Origin: a bacterium | GTDB taxonomy: Bacteria; Patescibacteriota; Minisyncoccia; Phycocordibacterales; UBA9973 | Direction: 5' to 3' | NCBI GenBank assembly: GCA_027484965.1 | Contig: JAIXRY010000006.1 | Coordinates: 130,101-194,100, forward strand | DNA length: 64,000 nt | In this document: piece by piece, positions 1-10,392 of the stretch | How the letters are laid out: each line of letters starts with the position of its first letter | How positions within the stretch are numbered: the stretch's first letter is position 1 | Translations under genes and position numbers: made by a program | Notes under the pieces: generated by a model | The model's database searches: none | What the model saw: only the letters and a program-made list of their open reading frames with translations | What the model was told of the DNA's origin: nothing

Positions 1-793
1 CTTCTTTTCTTGAAATACCTTCAAAAGAGAATAGTTTAGTAATTTTTGATTGTCTAGTCTCACCGTTTGGTTTTTTAACAAAAATAGTAGCACCATTCTT
101 AATCACACCTTGGTATACACGAGCAATAGCTAGACGTCCCAAAAAGTTATCATAAGCAAGATTGAAAGCTTGAGCACAACCAGTAAGATCAAGGTCGTGA
201 GCAGCAACAGGAACTTCTTCCAAAATCATTTCTAGAAGAGGTGTCAAATCTTTTCTTTCTTCTTCGAGAGTTTTCATTGCAACACCTTCACGTCCAATAG
301 CGTATATAGTCTTAAAATCGATTTGATGGTCATTTGCGCCAAGTTCTATGAAGAGCTCAAGAACTTCATCATGAACACGTCCTGGATTAGCTGCTGGCTT
401 ATCTACCTTGTTGATAACAACAATAGGTTGGAGACCTAGTTCGAGAGATTTTTTCAAAACAAAGCGAGTTTGTGGCATTGGACCTTCTTGAGCGTCAACA
501 AGCAAAAGCACAGCATCAATAGAACGAAGTACACGTTCAACTTCAGAACCAAAGTCCGCGTGACCTGGAGTATCCACAATATTAATTTTAGTACCTTTGT
601 AATTTACTGAAGTGTTTTTTGAATAAATAGTAATACCACGCTCTTTTTCAAGATCATTTGAGTCCATAGAAACACCTTCACCAACCATTCCACATTGACG
701 CATTAGAGCATCTGTTAGAGTTGTTTTTCCGTGGTCAACGTGAGCAATAATTGCAATATTTCTAATTTCTTTGTTTTGATTTTCATTTTCCAT
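1..793 (-). CDS. typA: GTP-binding protein TypA/BipA, N-terminal part (3' end lies beyond window start)
   Basis: Reverse-strand translation begins [26 protein letters not shown]...[13 protein letters not shown]...[17 protein letters not shown], near-identical in motif order to E. coli BipA G-domain. Confidence 0.88.
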   Translation of the reverse strand, partial: MENENQNKEIRNIAIIAHVDHGKTTLTDALMRQCGMVGEGVSMDSNDLEKERGITIYSKNTSVNYKGTKINIVDTPGHADFGSEVERVLRSIDAVLLLVDAQEGPMPQTRFVLKKSLELGLQPIVVINKVDKPAANPGRVHDEVLELFIELGANDHQIDFKTIYAIGREGVAMKTLEEERKDLTPLLEMILEEVPVAAHDLDLTGCAQAFNLAYDNFLGRLAIARVYQGVIKNGATIFVKKPNGETRQSKITKLFSFEGISRKE

Positions 794-1050
794 AAAGTGA
801 TTAAAATTCTACCACAAAATCAATAATTGTTCAAATAGCGCTCGGAATTTATTTTTAGAAGACACGTATATTTTTGTGCTCAAAAATTACTATACTCGCT
901 CAAGCTCCGTAATGTCTTCCAAAAATAAATCACTCGCTTAGTGGTAAACGATAGAAAATACATTAGCTGGAAGGTCTTTTCCACAACATATCCTCTCTTA
1001 ATTGGTAAACGGCGCAAATAAAAAGCCATCCAAAATTGGACAGCTTTCAT

Positions 1051-1383
1051 TTAACCAGTTATACCTTTAACATCAGAATCAAAAGCTTCAATCAATTCTT
1101 GTAACTCTTTTTTATCTAAAATATCAGATGAAACAAATTTTTCAAAAAGTTCTTTTGATTTTATAACTGTTTTATTAATTTGTTCTTCAGTAATTTTCAT
1201 TACTTGGTCTCTAGTTGGTCCTGAAGAAATTTTCATTAGTATTTCTATTTTTACATCAACCAACTCAGACAATGTTAAGCAAAGTTGAGTTGCTAGTAAA
1301 TTAATAGTAAACTTAGGTCCAACTTCGGCATTTCTTTTGTAACTGTAACATTTATCTAGAAATGTATTTACTTTTGTTTTCAT
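1051..1383 (-). CDS. hypothetical protein (110 aa)
   Basis: ORF with ATG start; no recognisable motif. Confidence 0.4.
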   Translation of the reverse strand: MKTKVNTFLDKCYSYKRNAEVGPKFTINLLATQLCLTLSELVDVKIEILMKISSGPTRDQVMKITEEQINKTVIKSKELFEKFVSSDILDKKELQELIEAFDSDVKGITG

Positions 1384-1721
1384 TGTATTTTATTTAAATT
1401 TAAATAAATAATACACTTAATATAAGTATTGTCAAAATTAAAAAATAAAACCGCCAAAAGTTGGACGGTTTTCAAACAATAATTAGTTTGATTTGCTTAT
1501 GACTAAAAATTATATCTGATATAAAAAAGATGATTTTCATCAAGAAAGACATCTTCGTCTAATCGCGAATCAATCTTCTTGGGGAAAAATTGATTTTATC
1601 TTTTGTCCATTTTTTCTCAGAACCAATTCTTTTCTTTCTTTTTTTCTTATTCTCTTTGACATTTTGTACATTATTATTTAATTTAAACAATAAATTAAAT
1701 TTTGTATATTGTCAAATATTT

Positions 1722-1952
1722 TTATACTATATTTTCCCTTATAAATAAAAGTTTATTCCCTCTTTTTTGACCTGAAACAATTCTCACTTTATTTCGATCT
1801 AATTTGAAATAATCCGCCACAGCATAGCATACAGCATCATTTGCTAGATTTCTTTCTGTTGGAGCTTTTACCTTTATATGGAAAGAGTTATAACTGACTT
1901 CGGTTATTTCATTTTTCTTTTCATATGGAAAGACTTTAGCTTTTATATACAT
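1722..1952 (-). CDS. YggU/DUF167 family protein
   Basis: HIKVKAPTERNLANDAVCYAVADYFKLDRNKVRIVSGQKRGNKLLFI matches the UPF0235/YggU pattern (VKV.ApP.dGKAN.AL..fLA..l.v.k..V.lvsG..sR.K). Confidence 0.7.
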   Translation of the reverse strand: MYIKAKVFPYEKKNEITEVSYNSFHIKVKAPTERNLANDAVCYAVADYFKLDRNKVRIVSGQKRGNKLLFIRENIV

Positions 1953-1972
1953 GTATATTTATATCATACCAA

Positions 1973-2004
1973 AGAGTGGCGCCGTACGGCGCCACTCTTT
2001 TAAA
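1973..2004. terminator. GC-rich hairpin agagtggcgcc-gtac-ggcgccactct followed by T-run
   Basis: Perfect 11-bp stem, only GC-rich stretch in an AT-rich intergenic region. Confidence 0.6.
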
Positions 2005-2040
2005 ATTACTTATTTTTGTATTTAGTCTATATTCTATTTA

Positions 2041-2439
2041 CTAATCATTTTTAGCTAAATTGCTTTTTTGTTTTAATAAATATTCAACAGTCTCTCTTAA
2101 GTCATTAGTGCGAGTAATATAACTTAAATCTAATTCTCCATCTGTAACTTTTTTTATTACACTAATCAAATATTCAGGTTCGTAAGTATCTTTCTCAGTT
2201 ATAATTTCGCCATTATTTCTTATGAGGGTAAAAAGACTCTCAAAAGCATTATCTATATCTTTTTGATCTTCTATATTTAAATCATCAATTAAAGATTTAA
2301 AACTAGTAAATTCTTCTATCTTATTTTTAATACCAATATACTTGTGAGATTTTAAAACATCACTTTCTTCTTCTCCTTGTGGTTCTTGTTCTAATTTTAT
2401 ACCTCTATACTTAAAACTCTCACCAAAATTTTCATTCAT
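2041..2439 (-). CDS. hypothetical acidic protein (132 aa)
   Basis: ORF only. Confidence 0.4.
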   Translation of the reverse strand: MNENFGESFKYRGIKLEQEPQGEEESDVLKSHKYIGIKNKIEEFTSFKSLIDDLNIEDQKDIDNAFESLFTLIRNNGEIITEKDTYEPEYLISVIKKVTDGELDLSYITRTNDLRETVEYLLKQKSNLAKND

Positions 2440-2522
2440 AAAAAAACATTAGTAGTTTATAATAATCTATATTATACACATTAGGAATATAAATGTACAT
2501 ACAAAAAAGATACTTAATAACT

Positions 2523-2903
2523 CTATTTCTTAGACTTTTTTGGTGAGGCTACAACACCTTTCATTATATTCTTCACTTGTTGGGCTCCGCGTTTCCAAAG
2601 AGAACGAGTTTTGTCTTGGTTTGTGGTTATTTCTCTATAAAGTGAATCTTCTACTCCATCAATCGCAGAATACAAATCATCTCTTTCTACAACTGTATAA
2701 ATTTTTGAACCTTTATATTCTAGAGATACTTCTGCGCGGAATATATCACCACTTTTATGATGATCTGTAGTCTTTCCAATTTCAACATATACAGGAATTC
2801 CTTTTTGTATAATAAATTTTTCTATACTTGAAATTCTCTTTTGTACGTAGTCTCTGATTGGATCTGTGAGTTCGATACCTGTTGCCTTAATGATAATATT
2901 CAT
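2523..2903 (-). CDS. hpf: ribosome hibernation promoting factor / sigma-54 modulation protein family
   Basis: MNIIIKATGIELTDPIRDYVQKRI... typical HPF/RaiA N-terminus and size. Confidence 0.8.
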   Translation of the reverse strand: MNIIIKATGIELTDPIRDYVQKRISSIEKFIIQKGIPVYVEIGKTTDHHKSGDIFRAEVSLEYKGSKIYTVVERDDLYSAIDGVEDSLYREITTNQDKTRSLWKRGAQQVKNIMKGVVASPKKSKK

Positions 2904-2956
2904 ATTTGCTAAAGTAAAAATTATAAACGTTCCGACAAATACATTATATCAAACTA

Positions 2957-4360
2957 TTAAATAGTTTGAACAATCATTGTGTTCGTTGTACCAGGCACAC
3001 CAAATGGAGCTCCAAGAGTTATAACTATTTTTTCACCAGATTTTGCAATTTCCTCTTTTTTGATATAGTTTTTTACTGTTTTCATTGCATCGTCAACAGA
3101 TTTACCTATCTTTATAAATACAGGATAAACACCATAACAAAGAATTAATTGACGGGAAATATTTTCATTTTCTGTAAAAGCATATATAGGCTGTGTAGGA
3201 CGATGACGAGAAATAATACAAGCTGTACCCCCTGAAGCAGTAAGAACAGCAATAGCTTTTGCGTTTATATCTTCAGCATTATGTACAACAGAAGAACACA
3301 CAGAGTCAACAACATTATTTATGTGAACTTCAGCTCTTTTGTGAGTATCAAAAACACTTTCTGTATGGATAGCGACGCGAGACATAAGAGATACTGTTTC
3401 AATAGGATATTCACCTAAAGCTGTTTCTTCAGAAAGCATTACAGCATCAGTACCATCAAAAATAGCATTAGCAATATCAGAAACTTCTGCGCGAGTAGGT
3501 ACAGGACTATGTATCATAGATTCGAGCATTTGTGTTGCTGTAATAACGGGCTTACCCACATGATTACATTTACCAATAATCATTTTTTGAACATAAGGTA
3601 CTTGTTCTGGGCCAATTTCAATAGCTAAATCTCCACGAGCAACCATTATTCCATCAGAAACTTCAATAATTTCATCAATACAAGCAACAGCTTCTGGAGT
3701 CTCTATTTTTGCAATTATTTTTTGAGTTCCCTTTTTTGCATCAATGATTTTTCTCAAATCAAGAATGTCTTTCTTTGTGCGAACAAAAGACAGAGCGAGA
3801 AAATCTGCATTTTGAGATATAGCCCATTCTGCATCTTCTTTATCTTTTTTTGTTAGAGCACTGATTTTAAGATTTGCATTTGGAATATTTACTCCACGGC
3901 GAGATTTTGTTGTACCACCAACAATAACCTTTGTTATTATTTCTGTACCTTTTATATCTACAACTTCGAGCTTTTTCTTACCGTCGTCAAGCATTATTAT
4001 ACATCCAACTTTTATTTCTTTTTCAAGATTTTTGTAATTAATATAAACCTTATCTTTTGTTCCAATACATTTTTCTGTAGTTAGAATAAATTTCTGACCA
4101 ACAACAAGCTCGATTGTTTCAGTAGAAAAATCACCAATACGGATTTTTGGACCAGAAAGATCAACTAAAATCGCAAGAGTTTGTTTTGTTTTCTTTTCTA
4201 CAGACTTTTTTACATCCAACGTTTTTGAATGTGTCACGTGGTCACCATGACTCATATTCAAACGAAGGACATTTAAACCATTCAAAACAAGACTACTCAT
4301 TATTTCAACATTCTGAGTCGCAGGACCTATTGTTGCTACTATTTTTGTTTTTTTCATCAT
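2957..4360 (-). CDS. pyk: pyruvate kinase (full length, with B lid domain)
   Basis: MKKTKIVATIGPAT..., [44 protein letters not shown] motifs. Start moved to the MMKKTK Met because a TACAAT -10 box lies inside the longer ORF-track extension. Confidence 0.9.
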   Translation of the reverse strand: MMKKTKIVATIGPATQNVEIMSSLVLNGLNVLRLNMSHGDHVTHSKTLDVKKSVEKKTKQTLAILVDLSGPKIRIGDFSTETIELVVGQKFILTTEKCIGTKDKVYINYKNLEKEIKVGCIIMLDDGKKKLEVVDIKGTEIITKVIVGGTTKSRRGVNIPNANLKISALTKKDKEDAEWAISQNADFLALSFVRTKKDILDLRKIIDAKKGTQKIIAKIETPEAVACIDEIIEVSDGIMVARGDLAIEIGPEQVPYVQKMIIGKCNHVGKPVITATQMLESMIHSPVPTRAEVSDIANAIFDGTDAVMLSEETALGEYPIETVSLMSRVAIHTESVFDTHKRAEVHINNVVDSVCSSVVHNAEDINAKAIAVLTASGGTACIISRHRPTQPIYAFTENENISRQLILCYGVYPVFIKIGKSVDDAMKTVKNYIKKEEIAKSGEKIVITLGAPFGVPGTTNTMIVQTI

Positions 4361-4380
4361 AATAAATATATTGTAGCACA

Positions 4381-4410
4381 AAAAATAGCACTTTTTTAGT
4401 GCTATTTTTT
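4381..4410 (-). terminator. hairpin aaaaatagcac-tttttt-agtgctattttt, terminator of the NNNW-repeat gene
   Basis: Inverted repeat plus U-run on minus strand directly after stop at 4422. Confidence 0.55.
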
Positions 4411-4421
4411 GTGCTCATTTT

Positions 4422-4796
4422 TTACCAAGTACGATAATTTGTACCCCAAGGCATTACTCCTTGACCCCAAGGAGTTGGAGTATATAAGAATGGAGACGGT
4501 GTTCCATATCCATAAGGATTTACATAAGCAATAGGAGTATAAGAGTTCCAGTTATTATTCCAGTTGTTGTGCCAGTTGTTGTTCCAGTTGTTGTTCCAGT
4601 TGTTGTTCCAGTTGTTGTTCCAGTTGTTGTTATAATTTATAGGATAATAACCAGAATATGTTGTATCAGAATAACTAAAATTAAGGCCCACATTAAAAGA
4701 ACTACCTCCACCATAGTAATATTGCGCTTTTGCACTAGGTGCAAAAATACAAAGTGACATAACTATAAAAAGTGATCCAAAAATAAACTTTTTCAT
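4422..4796 (-). CDS. secreted low-complexity protein with (NNNW)x9 tandem repeat and G/Y/P-rich ends
   Basis: Signal peptide MKKFIFGSLFIVMSLCIFAPSAKA, then NNNWNNNWNNNW... encoded by a 12-nt DNA tandem repeat. Confidence 0.6.
   Translation of the reverse strand: MKKFIFGSLFIVMSLCIFAPSAKAQYYYGGGSSFNVGLNFSYSDTTYSGYYPINYNNNWNNNWNNNWNNNWNNNWHNNWNNNWNSYTPIAYVNPYGYGTPSPFLYTPTPWGQGVMPWGTNYRTW
4547..4632. repeat. tandem 12-nt repeat (ccagttgttgtt)x~7 inside CDS 4422..4796
   Basis: Directly visible perfect tandem copies at 4568-4630. Confidence 0.9.
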
Positions 4797-4907
4797 AATA
4801 TATATTATATCAAATAATAGATAAATTGTAAAGTAGTTAAGTGGTATTCCACTTTTAAGCCCTGATAACTGCAGATGTGAGCTTATTTTTCTGTTATACT
4901 GTATTTT

Positions 4908-5912
4908 ATGAAAACAATATTTTTTGAGACATCAAAAGAAGATCAAGAAAAGTATAGAAAATTATTGCCAGAAAATAATATTACATTTTACGAAGAAAAA
5001 ATTAGTATAGACAACATTTCCCTCGCAAAAGAAGCTGACATTATATCTATATTTATTAATTCCGAAATTAAAAAAGAGATTCTAGATGAACTGCCGAATT
5101 TGAAATATATTGTTAGTCGCTCTACAGGAGTAGATCATATAGATAAAAACTATTGCAAAGAAAAAAACGTTTTAATTTCAAATGTACCTACATACGGAAG
5201 TGTTACTGTTGCAGAATTTACATTTGGATTAATTCTAAGTCTTTCTAGAAATATTTTTAAAGCAACAGATCAAATAAAAGAAACAAATCATTTTAATATA
5301 TTTAATTTAAAAGGTTTTGACTTAAAAGGGAAAACTATAGGTGTGGTAGGTACTGGCCGTATAGGAAAAAATGTTATAAAAATTGCAAAAGGATTTGATA
5401 TGAATGTCATTGCATATGATTTATACAGAGATGAGAAGTGTGCAGAAGAAAACAATTTTCAATATACAACTCTTGAAGATATAGTTTCAAAATCTGACAT
5501 AATCACCCTACACGCTCCATACACAAAAGAAAATCACCACTTAATAAACAGTGCGGCGATTTCAAAAATGAAGAAAGGTGTTTACATAATAAACACAGCA
5601 CGTGGAGAACTTATAGACACAAGTGCTCTTCTTGAGGGTATTCAAAATGGCACAATAAAAGGAGCTGGTTTAGATGTGTTAGAAGGTGAAAGAATTCTTA
5701 AAGAAGAATTTGAAATTACAAAAAATGGAAATATACATACAGTAGACTATAAAACACTCCTAGAAGATCACATTCTTATTAATATTCCAGAAGTAATAAT
5801 TACGCCACATATCGCTTTTTATTCAGAAGAAGCCGAGAATGAAATAGTTCACACAACAGTAAAAAATATTACTAGTTTTAAAAATGGATCAACAGAAAAT
5901 CTTATAAAATAA
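4908..5912 (+). CDS. D-isomer-specific 2-hydroxyacid dehydrogenase (hydroxypyruvate/glycerate dehydrogenase-like)
   Basis: NAD-binding GVVGTGRIGKNVIKIAKGFDMNVIAYD, catalytic-domain layout of the D-2-HDH family. Confidence 0.8.
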   Translation: MKTIFFETSKEDQEKYRKLLPENNITFYEEKISIDNISLAKEADIISIFINSEIKKEILDELPNLKYIVSRSTGVDHIDKNYCKEKNVLISNVPTYGSVTVAEFTFGLILSLSRNIFKATDQIKETNHFNIFNLKGFDLKGKTIGVVGTGRIGKNVIKIAKGFDMNVIAYDLYRDEKCAEENNFQYTTLEDIVSKSDIITLHAPYTKENHHLINSAAISKMKKGVYIINTARGELIDTSALLEGIQNGTIKGAGLDVLEGERILKEEFEITKNGNIHTVDYKTLLEDHILINIPEVIITPHIAFYSEEAENEIVHTTVKNITSFKNGSTENLIK

Positions 5913-5922
5913 ATAAACTCTT

Positions 5923-7197
5923 ATGAATAATAAATGGATTAAGAATTACAATGATTTAGCAGTAACAGAAAATAGAAAAATTGCTCTATCAATTGCAGAA
6001 GCTGGATTGGATGCAATAAACACAGAAACTGTTATTAATCGTTCTATAAAAATAGAAAACAACACCTTACTTGTTAAAGATATTTCTTTTGACCTTTCTA
6101 ATTATAAAAAAATCAAGGTTGTTGGTTTTGGAAAATGTGCTTGTGAGGCAGTTATAGCACTAGAAGGAATATTAAAAGAAAAGATTGATGAGGGTGTTGT
6201 TGTGGGGTTAACAAAAAAAGTTTGCCCTAGAATAAGAACTTTTGCAGGTACTCACCCTAGACCTTCTGGAGCAAACGCAGAATCAGGAAAAGAAATTTTT
6301 GAATTAGTAAAAAGCGCCACAGAAGACGACCTTATTATTGTTATTGTTTCTGGAGGAGGTTCAGCTTTATTGTGCTACCCAGAAAGTGAGTGCGTTCAAG
6401 GAGAAAAATTATATGACGCATTCCTAAAAACAGGTAAGACGATAAATGAATTAAACGCAATAAGAAAACATATATCACTATTAAAAGGTGGCGGATTAGC
6501 AAAAGTTGCATATCCTGCAACAGTTATAGGACTTATATTTTCAGATGTGCCTGGAGACAATTTTGATGAAGTGGCTTCTGGTCCAACATACAAAGACATC
6601 TCAACAAAAGAAGATGTTGAAGAAATAATAAAAAAATATGAATTAGGAGAATTTGATTTACTAGAAACCCCAAAAGAAGATGTGTACTTTGAAAAAGTCA
6701 CAAACTTTGTTTTGGTCTCAAACAAAACAGCGCTGGAAGCAATGTCAAAAAAATCTTTAGAATTAGGGTTTCATTCTCACGTAATATCATCTGAACTATA
6801 TAGCAATGTTGATCATGCTTTAGATTTAATATTTACAAACAAAAAAGACAAGTCAGTAATACTTGCAGCTGGAGAACCAAAATTAACAATAACAAAAAGT
6901 GGAGGTAGTGGCGGAAGAAGTATGTTTATGGGTCTAAAATCAATATCTAAGATTGATAATGATTCTGTGTTTATTCCATTAGCGTCTGACGGTATGGACA
7001 ATTGCCCTGGCGCAGGTGTTGTTATAGATAAAAACACAAAAGAAAGAATTTTAAATAATGATATAGATATTCAAAAATATATAGATGATTTTGATGCTTA
7101 TAATGCATTCAAAACTATCGGAGACATAATAGATACAGGTCCAACAAATGCAAATGTTTCTGATTTAATGATTTTATTTACAAACAAACATGAATAA
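5923..7197 (+). CDS. glycerate kinase, MOFRL family (glycerate 2-kinase type)
   Basis: VSGGGSALL and C-terminal ASDGMDNCPGAGVV motifs typical of MOFRL/TtuD-type glycerate kinases. Confidence 0.7.
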   Translation: MNNKWIKNYNDLAVTENRKIALSIAEAGLDAINTETVINRSIKIENNTLLVKDISFDLSNYKKIKVVGFGKCACEAVIALEGILKEKIDEGVVVGLTKKVCPRIRTFAGTHPRPSGANAESGKEIFELVKSATEDDLIIVIVSGGGSALLCYPESECVQGEKLYDAFLKTGKTINELNAIRKHISLLKGGGLAKVAYPATVIGLIFSDVPGDNFDEVASGPTYKDISTKEDVEEIIKKYELGEFDLLETPKEDVYFEKVTNFVLVSNKTALEAMSKKSLELGFHSHVISSELYSNVDHALDLIFTNKKDKSVILAAGEPKLTITKSGGSGGRSMFMGLKSISKIDNDSVFIPLASDGMDNCPGAGVVIDKNTKERILNNDIDIQKYIDDFDAYNAFKTIGDIIDTGPTNANVSDLMILFTNKHE

Positions 7198-8407
7198 TTA
7201 TCCAATAACAAAAATAGTTTCAGAGGAAATTTTAGATTCTCGAAATAACCCCACAATCGAAGTCACTGTTTACACAGAAAATGCAAGTGATTCTTTTTCT
7301 GTTCCTTCTGGGGCGAGTACTGGAACACATGAGGCTTGCGAACTCCGAGATGAAGACAAAAAAGGTGTAAAGAATGCTATAAAAAATATTAATGAAATAA
7401 TATCACCCGCACTTATAGGACAAAATATTTGTGACCAAAAAAATATAGACAGATTGATGTGTGAATTAGACGGAACCACTCAAAAAACAAAGCTTGGAGG
7501 AAATGCAATTATTGGAGTTAGTATTGCATGTGCAAAAACAGCTGCAAAATCAAACAATCTTGAAGTTTATGAATATCTAAAAACTCTTTCTAATATTAAA
7601 GCATCTAGAACAAATCCCCTACTTTATATGAATCTTATAAATGGAGGTAAACATGCAAAAAATGATTTGGCATTTCAAGAGTATCATATTGTTCCATTTA
7701 CAGAAGATACGGAAGAAGCCGTAGAGATAGGTATAAAAATACAAGATTCTCTAGAAAAAATAATTGAAAATGAATTAGGTAAAGAAGAGCTTGCGCTTGG
7801 TGACGAGGGCGGATTTGCTCCTCATGTAGAGAACATCAAAAAACCTCTAACTTATTTTGCTCAAGCGATAAAAGAAAATAATTTAGAAGACAAAGTAAGA
7901 TTAGCGCTAGATGTTGCTGCCTCATCTTTTTATAACGAAGAACAATATTTTGTAGATGGAAAAAATATATCAAAAGAAGAACTTTTTGATATATATAAAA
8001 ACCTTATACAAGAATTTAATTTACTTTCAATAGAAGATCCTTTCAATGAAGAAGATTTTGAAGGTTTTAAAATGATTAAAAATGAAACTGGTATTTATAT
8101 ACTTGGAGACGATTTAACTGTTACAAATAAAGATTTATTACAAAAAGCAATCAGTAGTGACAGTATAAATGCAATGATAATAAAGCCAAATCAAATAGGC
8201 ACACTATCTGAAACACTAGAAACAATGAAACTTGCAAGAGACAACGATGTTGAATTGGTAATAAGTCACAGAAGTGGAGAAACGGACGATGACTTCATAG
8301 CTGATCTTGCTTATGCATTTGGATGTTTTGGAATAAAATCAGGATCACCAAAGAAAAGTGAGAGAATGATTAAATACCAAAGATTAATCAACATATCTCA
8401 AAAATAA
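7190..8407 (+). CDS. eno: enolase
   Basis: [38 protein letters not shown]..., SHRSGETDD motif; overlaps upstream gene by 8 nt (operon). Confidence 0.92.
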   Translation: MNNYPITKIVSEEILDSRNNPTIEVTVYTENASDSFSVPSGASTGTHEACELRDEDKKGVKNAIKNINEIISPALIGQNICDQKNIDRLMCELDGTTQKTKLGGNAIIGVSIACAKTAAKSNNLEVYEYLKTLSNIKASRTNPLLYMNLINGGKHAKNDLAFQEYHIVPFTEDTEEAVEIGIKIQDSLEKIIENELGKEELALGDEGGFAPHVENIKKPLTYFAQAIKENNLEDKVRLALDVAASSFYNEEQYFVDGKNISKEELFDIYKNLIQEFNLLSIEDPFNEEDFEGFKMIKNETGIYILGDDLTVTNKDLLQKAISSDSINAMIIKPNQIGTLSETLETMKLARDNDVELVISHRSGETDDDFIADLAYAFGCFGIKSGSPKKSERMIKYQRLINISQK

Positions 8408-8408
8408 A

Positions 8409-9206
8409 ATGGAAAATTCAAGAACACAAATAATAGCAACTATTGGTCCAGTATCTAAAAATATATCTACATTAAAAGAAATGATTTCAAACAATATGGA
8501 TATAGCTAGACTAAATTTCTCTTGGGGTACACACAATGATCACAAAGAATCTATAAACAACATAAGAGAGGTTGAAAAAAGTCTAAGCAAGAAAATTCCT
8601 ATAATACAAGATCTTTCTGGACCAAGAATACAAGAAGAAAAAGAACATACTTACAAAAGAGATGTATTAGAAATAATAACTGAAAAAGATTTGTATGATT
8701 TAAAATTTGGAATAGAACAAAATATTGAGTATGTCGCAATGTCTTTCGTTGGGTGTAAAAACGACGTAGAAGAACTTAGAAATCATATAAAAAAATTTGA
8801 AGGAAATCAAAAAATTATTTCAAAAATAGAGAGGCAAGTAGCCTTTGATAACATTGATGAGATAATCGAAGTCTCTGATGGAATAATGATAGCTCGAGGA
8901 GATCTTGGGAATGAAGTACCTTTAGAACAAATACCTTTTATTGAAAAAAGTATTATAGAAAAATGCAATGAAGCTGGTAAACCTGTCATAGTAGCAACTC
9001 AAATGATGCTCTCAATGACTGAAAACACTCTCCCTACACGCGCAGAAGTAACAGACGTATCATTTGCTGTTATAGAAGGGACTGATGCTGTAATGCTATC
9101 TGAAGAGAGTGCTTCAGGAAAACACCCTGTCGAAGCAATAATAATGATGGAAAAAATACTGAAAGAATCAGAAAAACATACTGAAAGAAAAATAATAAAA
9201 CTATAG
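8409..9206 (+). CDS. pyruvate-kinase-like protein, A (TIM-barrel) domain only (265 aa), lacking B lid and C-terminal domains
   Basis: IIATIGPVS...[46 protein letters not shown] retained; only ~20 aa where the ~100-aa B domain should be, and protein ends right after the barrel. Confidence 0.7.
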   Translation: MENSRTQIIATIGPVSKNISTLKEMISNNMDIARLNFSWGTHNDHKESINNIREVEKSLSKKIPIIQDLSGPRIQEEKEHTYKRDVLEIITEKDLYDLKFGIEQNIEYVAMSFVGCKNDVEELRNHIKKFEGNQKIISKIERQVAFDNIDEIIEVSDGIMIARGDLGNEVPLEQIPFIEKSIIEKCNEAGKPVIVATQMMLSMTENTLPTRAEVTDVSFAVIEGTDAVMLSEESASGKHPVEAIIMMEKILKESEKHTERKIIKL

Positions 9207-9215
9207 TAGTCAAAA

Positions 9216-9258
9216 TAAAAATCCCCTCTTTTAAATAATAATTGAGGGGATTTTTTAT
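9216..9258. terminator. bidirectional rho-independent terminator (atcccctc...gaggggat + T-run)
   Basis: 8-bp GC-rich stem flanked by A-run and T-run, between convergent genes. Confidence 0.7.
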
Positions 9259-9264
9259 TACTAA

Positions 9265-9381
9265 CTATTTTGCTTTTTTTGCTGCTCTTTGGGCCAACAT
9301 TTCCTTTTTAATCGCAAGACGTTTTGCAGGCTTGTGAGTATTAGTCTTTTTTGGTCCAAGTGAATTTTTTCTTTTTCCCAT
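9265..9381 (-). CDS. small basic protein (38 aa; MGKRKNSLGPKKTNTHKPAKRLAIKKEMLAQRAAKKAK), possibly ribosome-associated
   Basis: Short ORF not in ORF track; very Lys/Arg-rich; followed by terminator. Confidence 0.3.
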   Translation of the reverse strand: MGKRKNSLGPKKTNTHKPAKRLAIKKEMLAQRAAKKAK

Positions 9382-9433
9382 AATATTTTTAGTATATCAC
9401 AAATACCGAGCAAAAGTCCAAATATAAAATATC

Positions 9434-9820
9434 TTATTTAACTATATTTAAATAATCTTTATTATTTAATCTATCAAAAGAAATGTATGAAGCCATAAGT
9501 ATTCCTATAAATACTATTGGCAGGATTACCATAATTCCAAAACCATAAACAACAATAATACTAACCAATGCTCCAATAAAATCTATCATGAATCCTGCAT
9601 ATGCCCATTCTTTTATACGGCGAGGAATTTTAGGAATTATTAACGCAAGACTTCCTAGCACTTTAAATACAGCAAGCATTGTTCCAAAATACACTGGATA
9701 CCCAAGACTTGTTATACCTTGTACAGCCATTTCACTTTGTGAAGTGAAAGCCACCATCACACCCTCAAACAGGAATATTATACCTGTAGTAATCCAAAAA
9801 AGTATTTTATATTTTTTCAT
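9434..9820 (-). CDS. DoxX-family small membrane protein
   Basis: 4 TM helices; start set at MKKYKIL because a TATAAT box and terminator hairpin occupy the longer extension. Confidence 0.55.
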   Translation of the reverse strand: MKKYKILFWITTGIIFLFEGVMVAFTSQSEMAVQGITSLGYPVYFGTMLAVFKVLGSLALIIPKIPRRIKEWAYAGFMIDFIGALVSIIVVYGFGIMVILPIVFIGILMASYISFDRLNNKDYLNIVK

Positions 9821-9848
9821 ATATGAATTATAGCAGCTTAATAAAAAC

Positions 9849-9878
9849 AAAAAAAATACCACATTGTGGTATTTTTTT
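9849..9878 (-). terminator. hairpin ataccacattgtggtat with flanking A/T runs
   Basis: Perfect 7-bp stem; downstream of gene 9893..10303. Confidence 0.5.
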
Positions 9879-9892
9879 ATGTTTAATATAAA

Positions 9893-10303
9893 TTAAATTA
9901 AATCCATATTAACACTTTCACCTGTTGCTGGAGCTTTACAAGATTTTCTTGCTGTTGAAAATTGTTGCCAAGCAGATTGTCTAGCTGTATTGTAAGTCTT
10001 TTTTGCAGAAATAGAAGAATTTCTAAAACTTTGTCCTGCATTTTTTATAGCAGAATTTCTTGCAATTCTATCAGTTAAAACAGAACCAGTAGCCAGATCA
10101 GAAGCTCTCTTTGTAAAAGCAGAACTCATAGAACTAGAGAAATTAGTGAAAGCAGTTTGGATTGCTGTCTCTCTTACTGCAATAGCAGAAGCAACACAAT
10201 TTGTATTATCTGTCTGACTTGTAGTGGTCACATCTTGAGCAAAAGAAATATTAACAAAAGCAAACAAGAATAGTACCGTCGAAGTAATTACATTTTTTAA
10301 CAT
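9893..10303 (-). CDS. secreted hypothetical protein (136 aa)
   Basis: Signal peptide MLKNVITSTVLFLFAFVNISFAQ; Ala/Ser/Thr-rich. Confidence 0.5.
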   Translation of the reverse strand: MLKNVITSTVLFLFAFVNISFAQDVTTTSQTDNTNCVASAIAVRETAIQTAFTNFSSSMSSAFTKRASDLATGSVLTDRIARNSAIKNAGQSFRNSSISAKKTYNTARQSAWQQFSTARKSCKAPATGESVNMDLI

Positions 10304-10392
10304 ATTTTAATATAAAATATTAACTTATAATTATTTAATTATAACACATTTTTGTATTAATATAATTAAAAATAATTTGGTAAAATAAAAAT

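Noticed and set aside
2540-2770. Short ORFs antisense to or nested in well-supported genes (e.g. 2540..2770, 2966..3148, 4147..4362, 4569..4757, 6396..6725, 6813..7037, 7270..7479, 8807..8989, 9588..9833, 31592..31918, 52752..52949, 53079..53363, 54111..54503, 61100..61508, 62372..62878)
   Set aside because: They overlap strongly supported CDSs on the opposite strand, have low-complexity composition and no RBS or motifs; treated as spurious.
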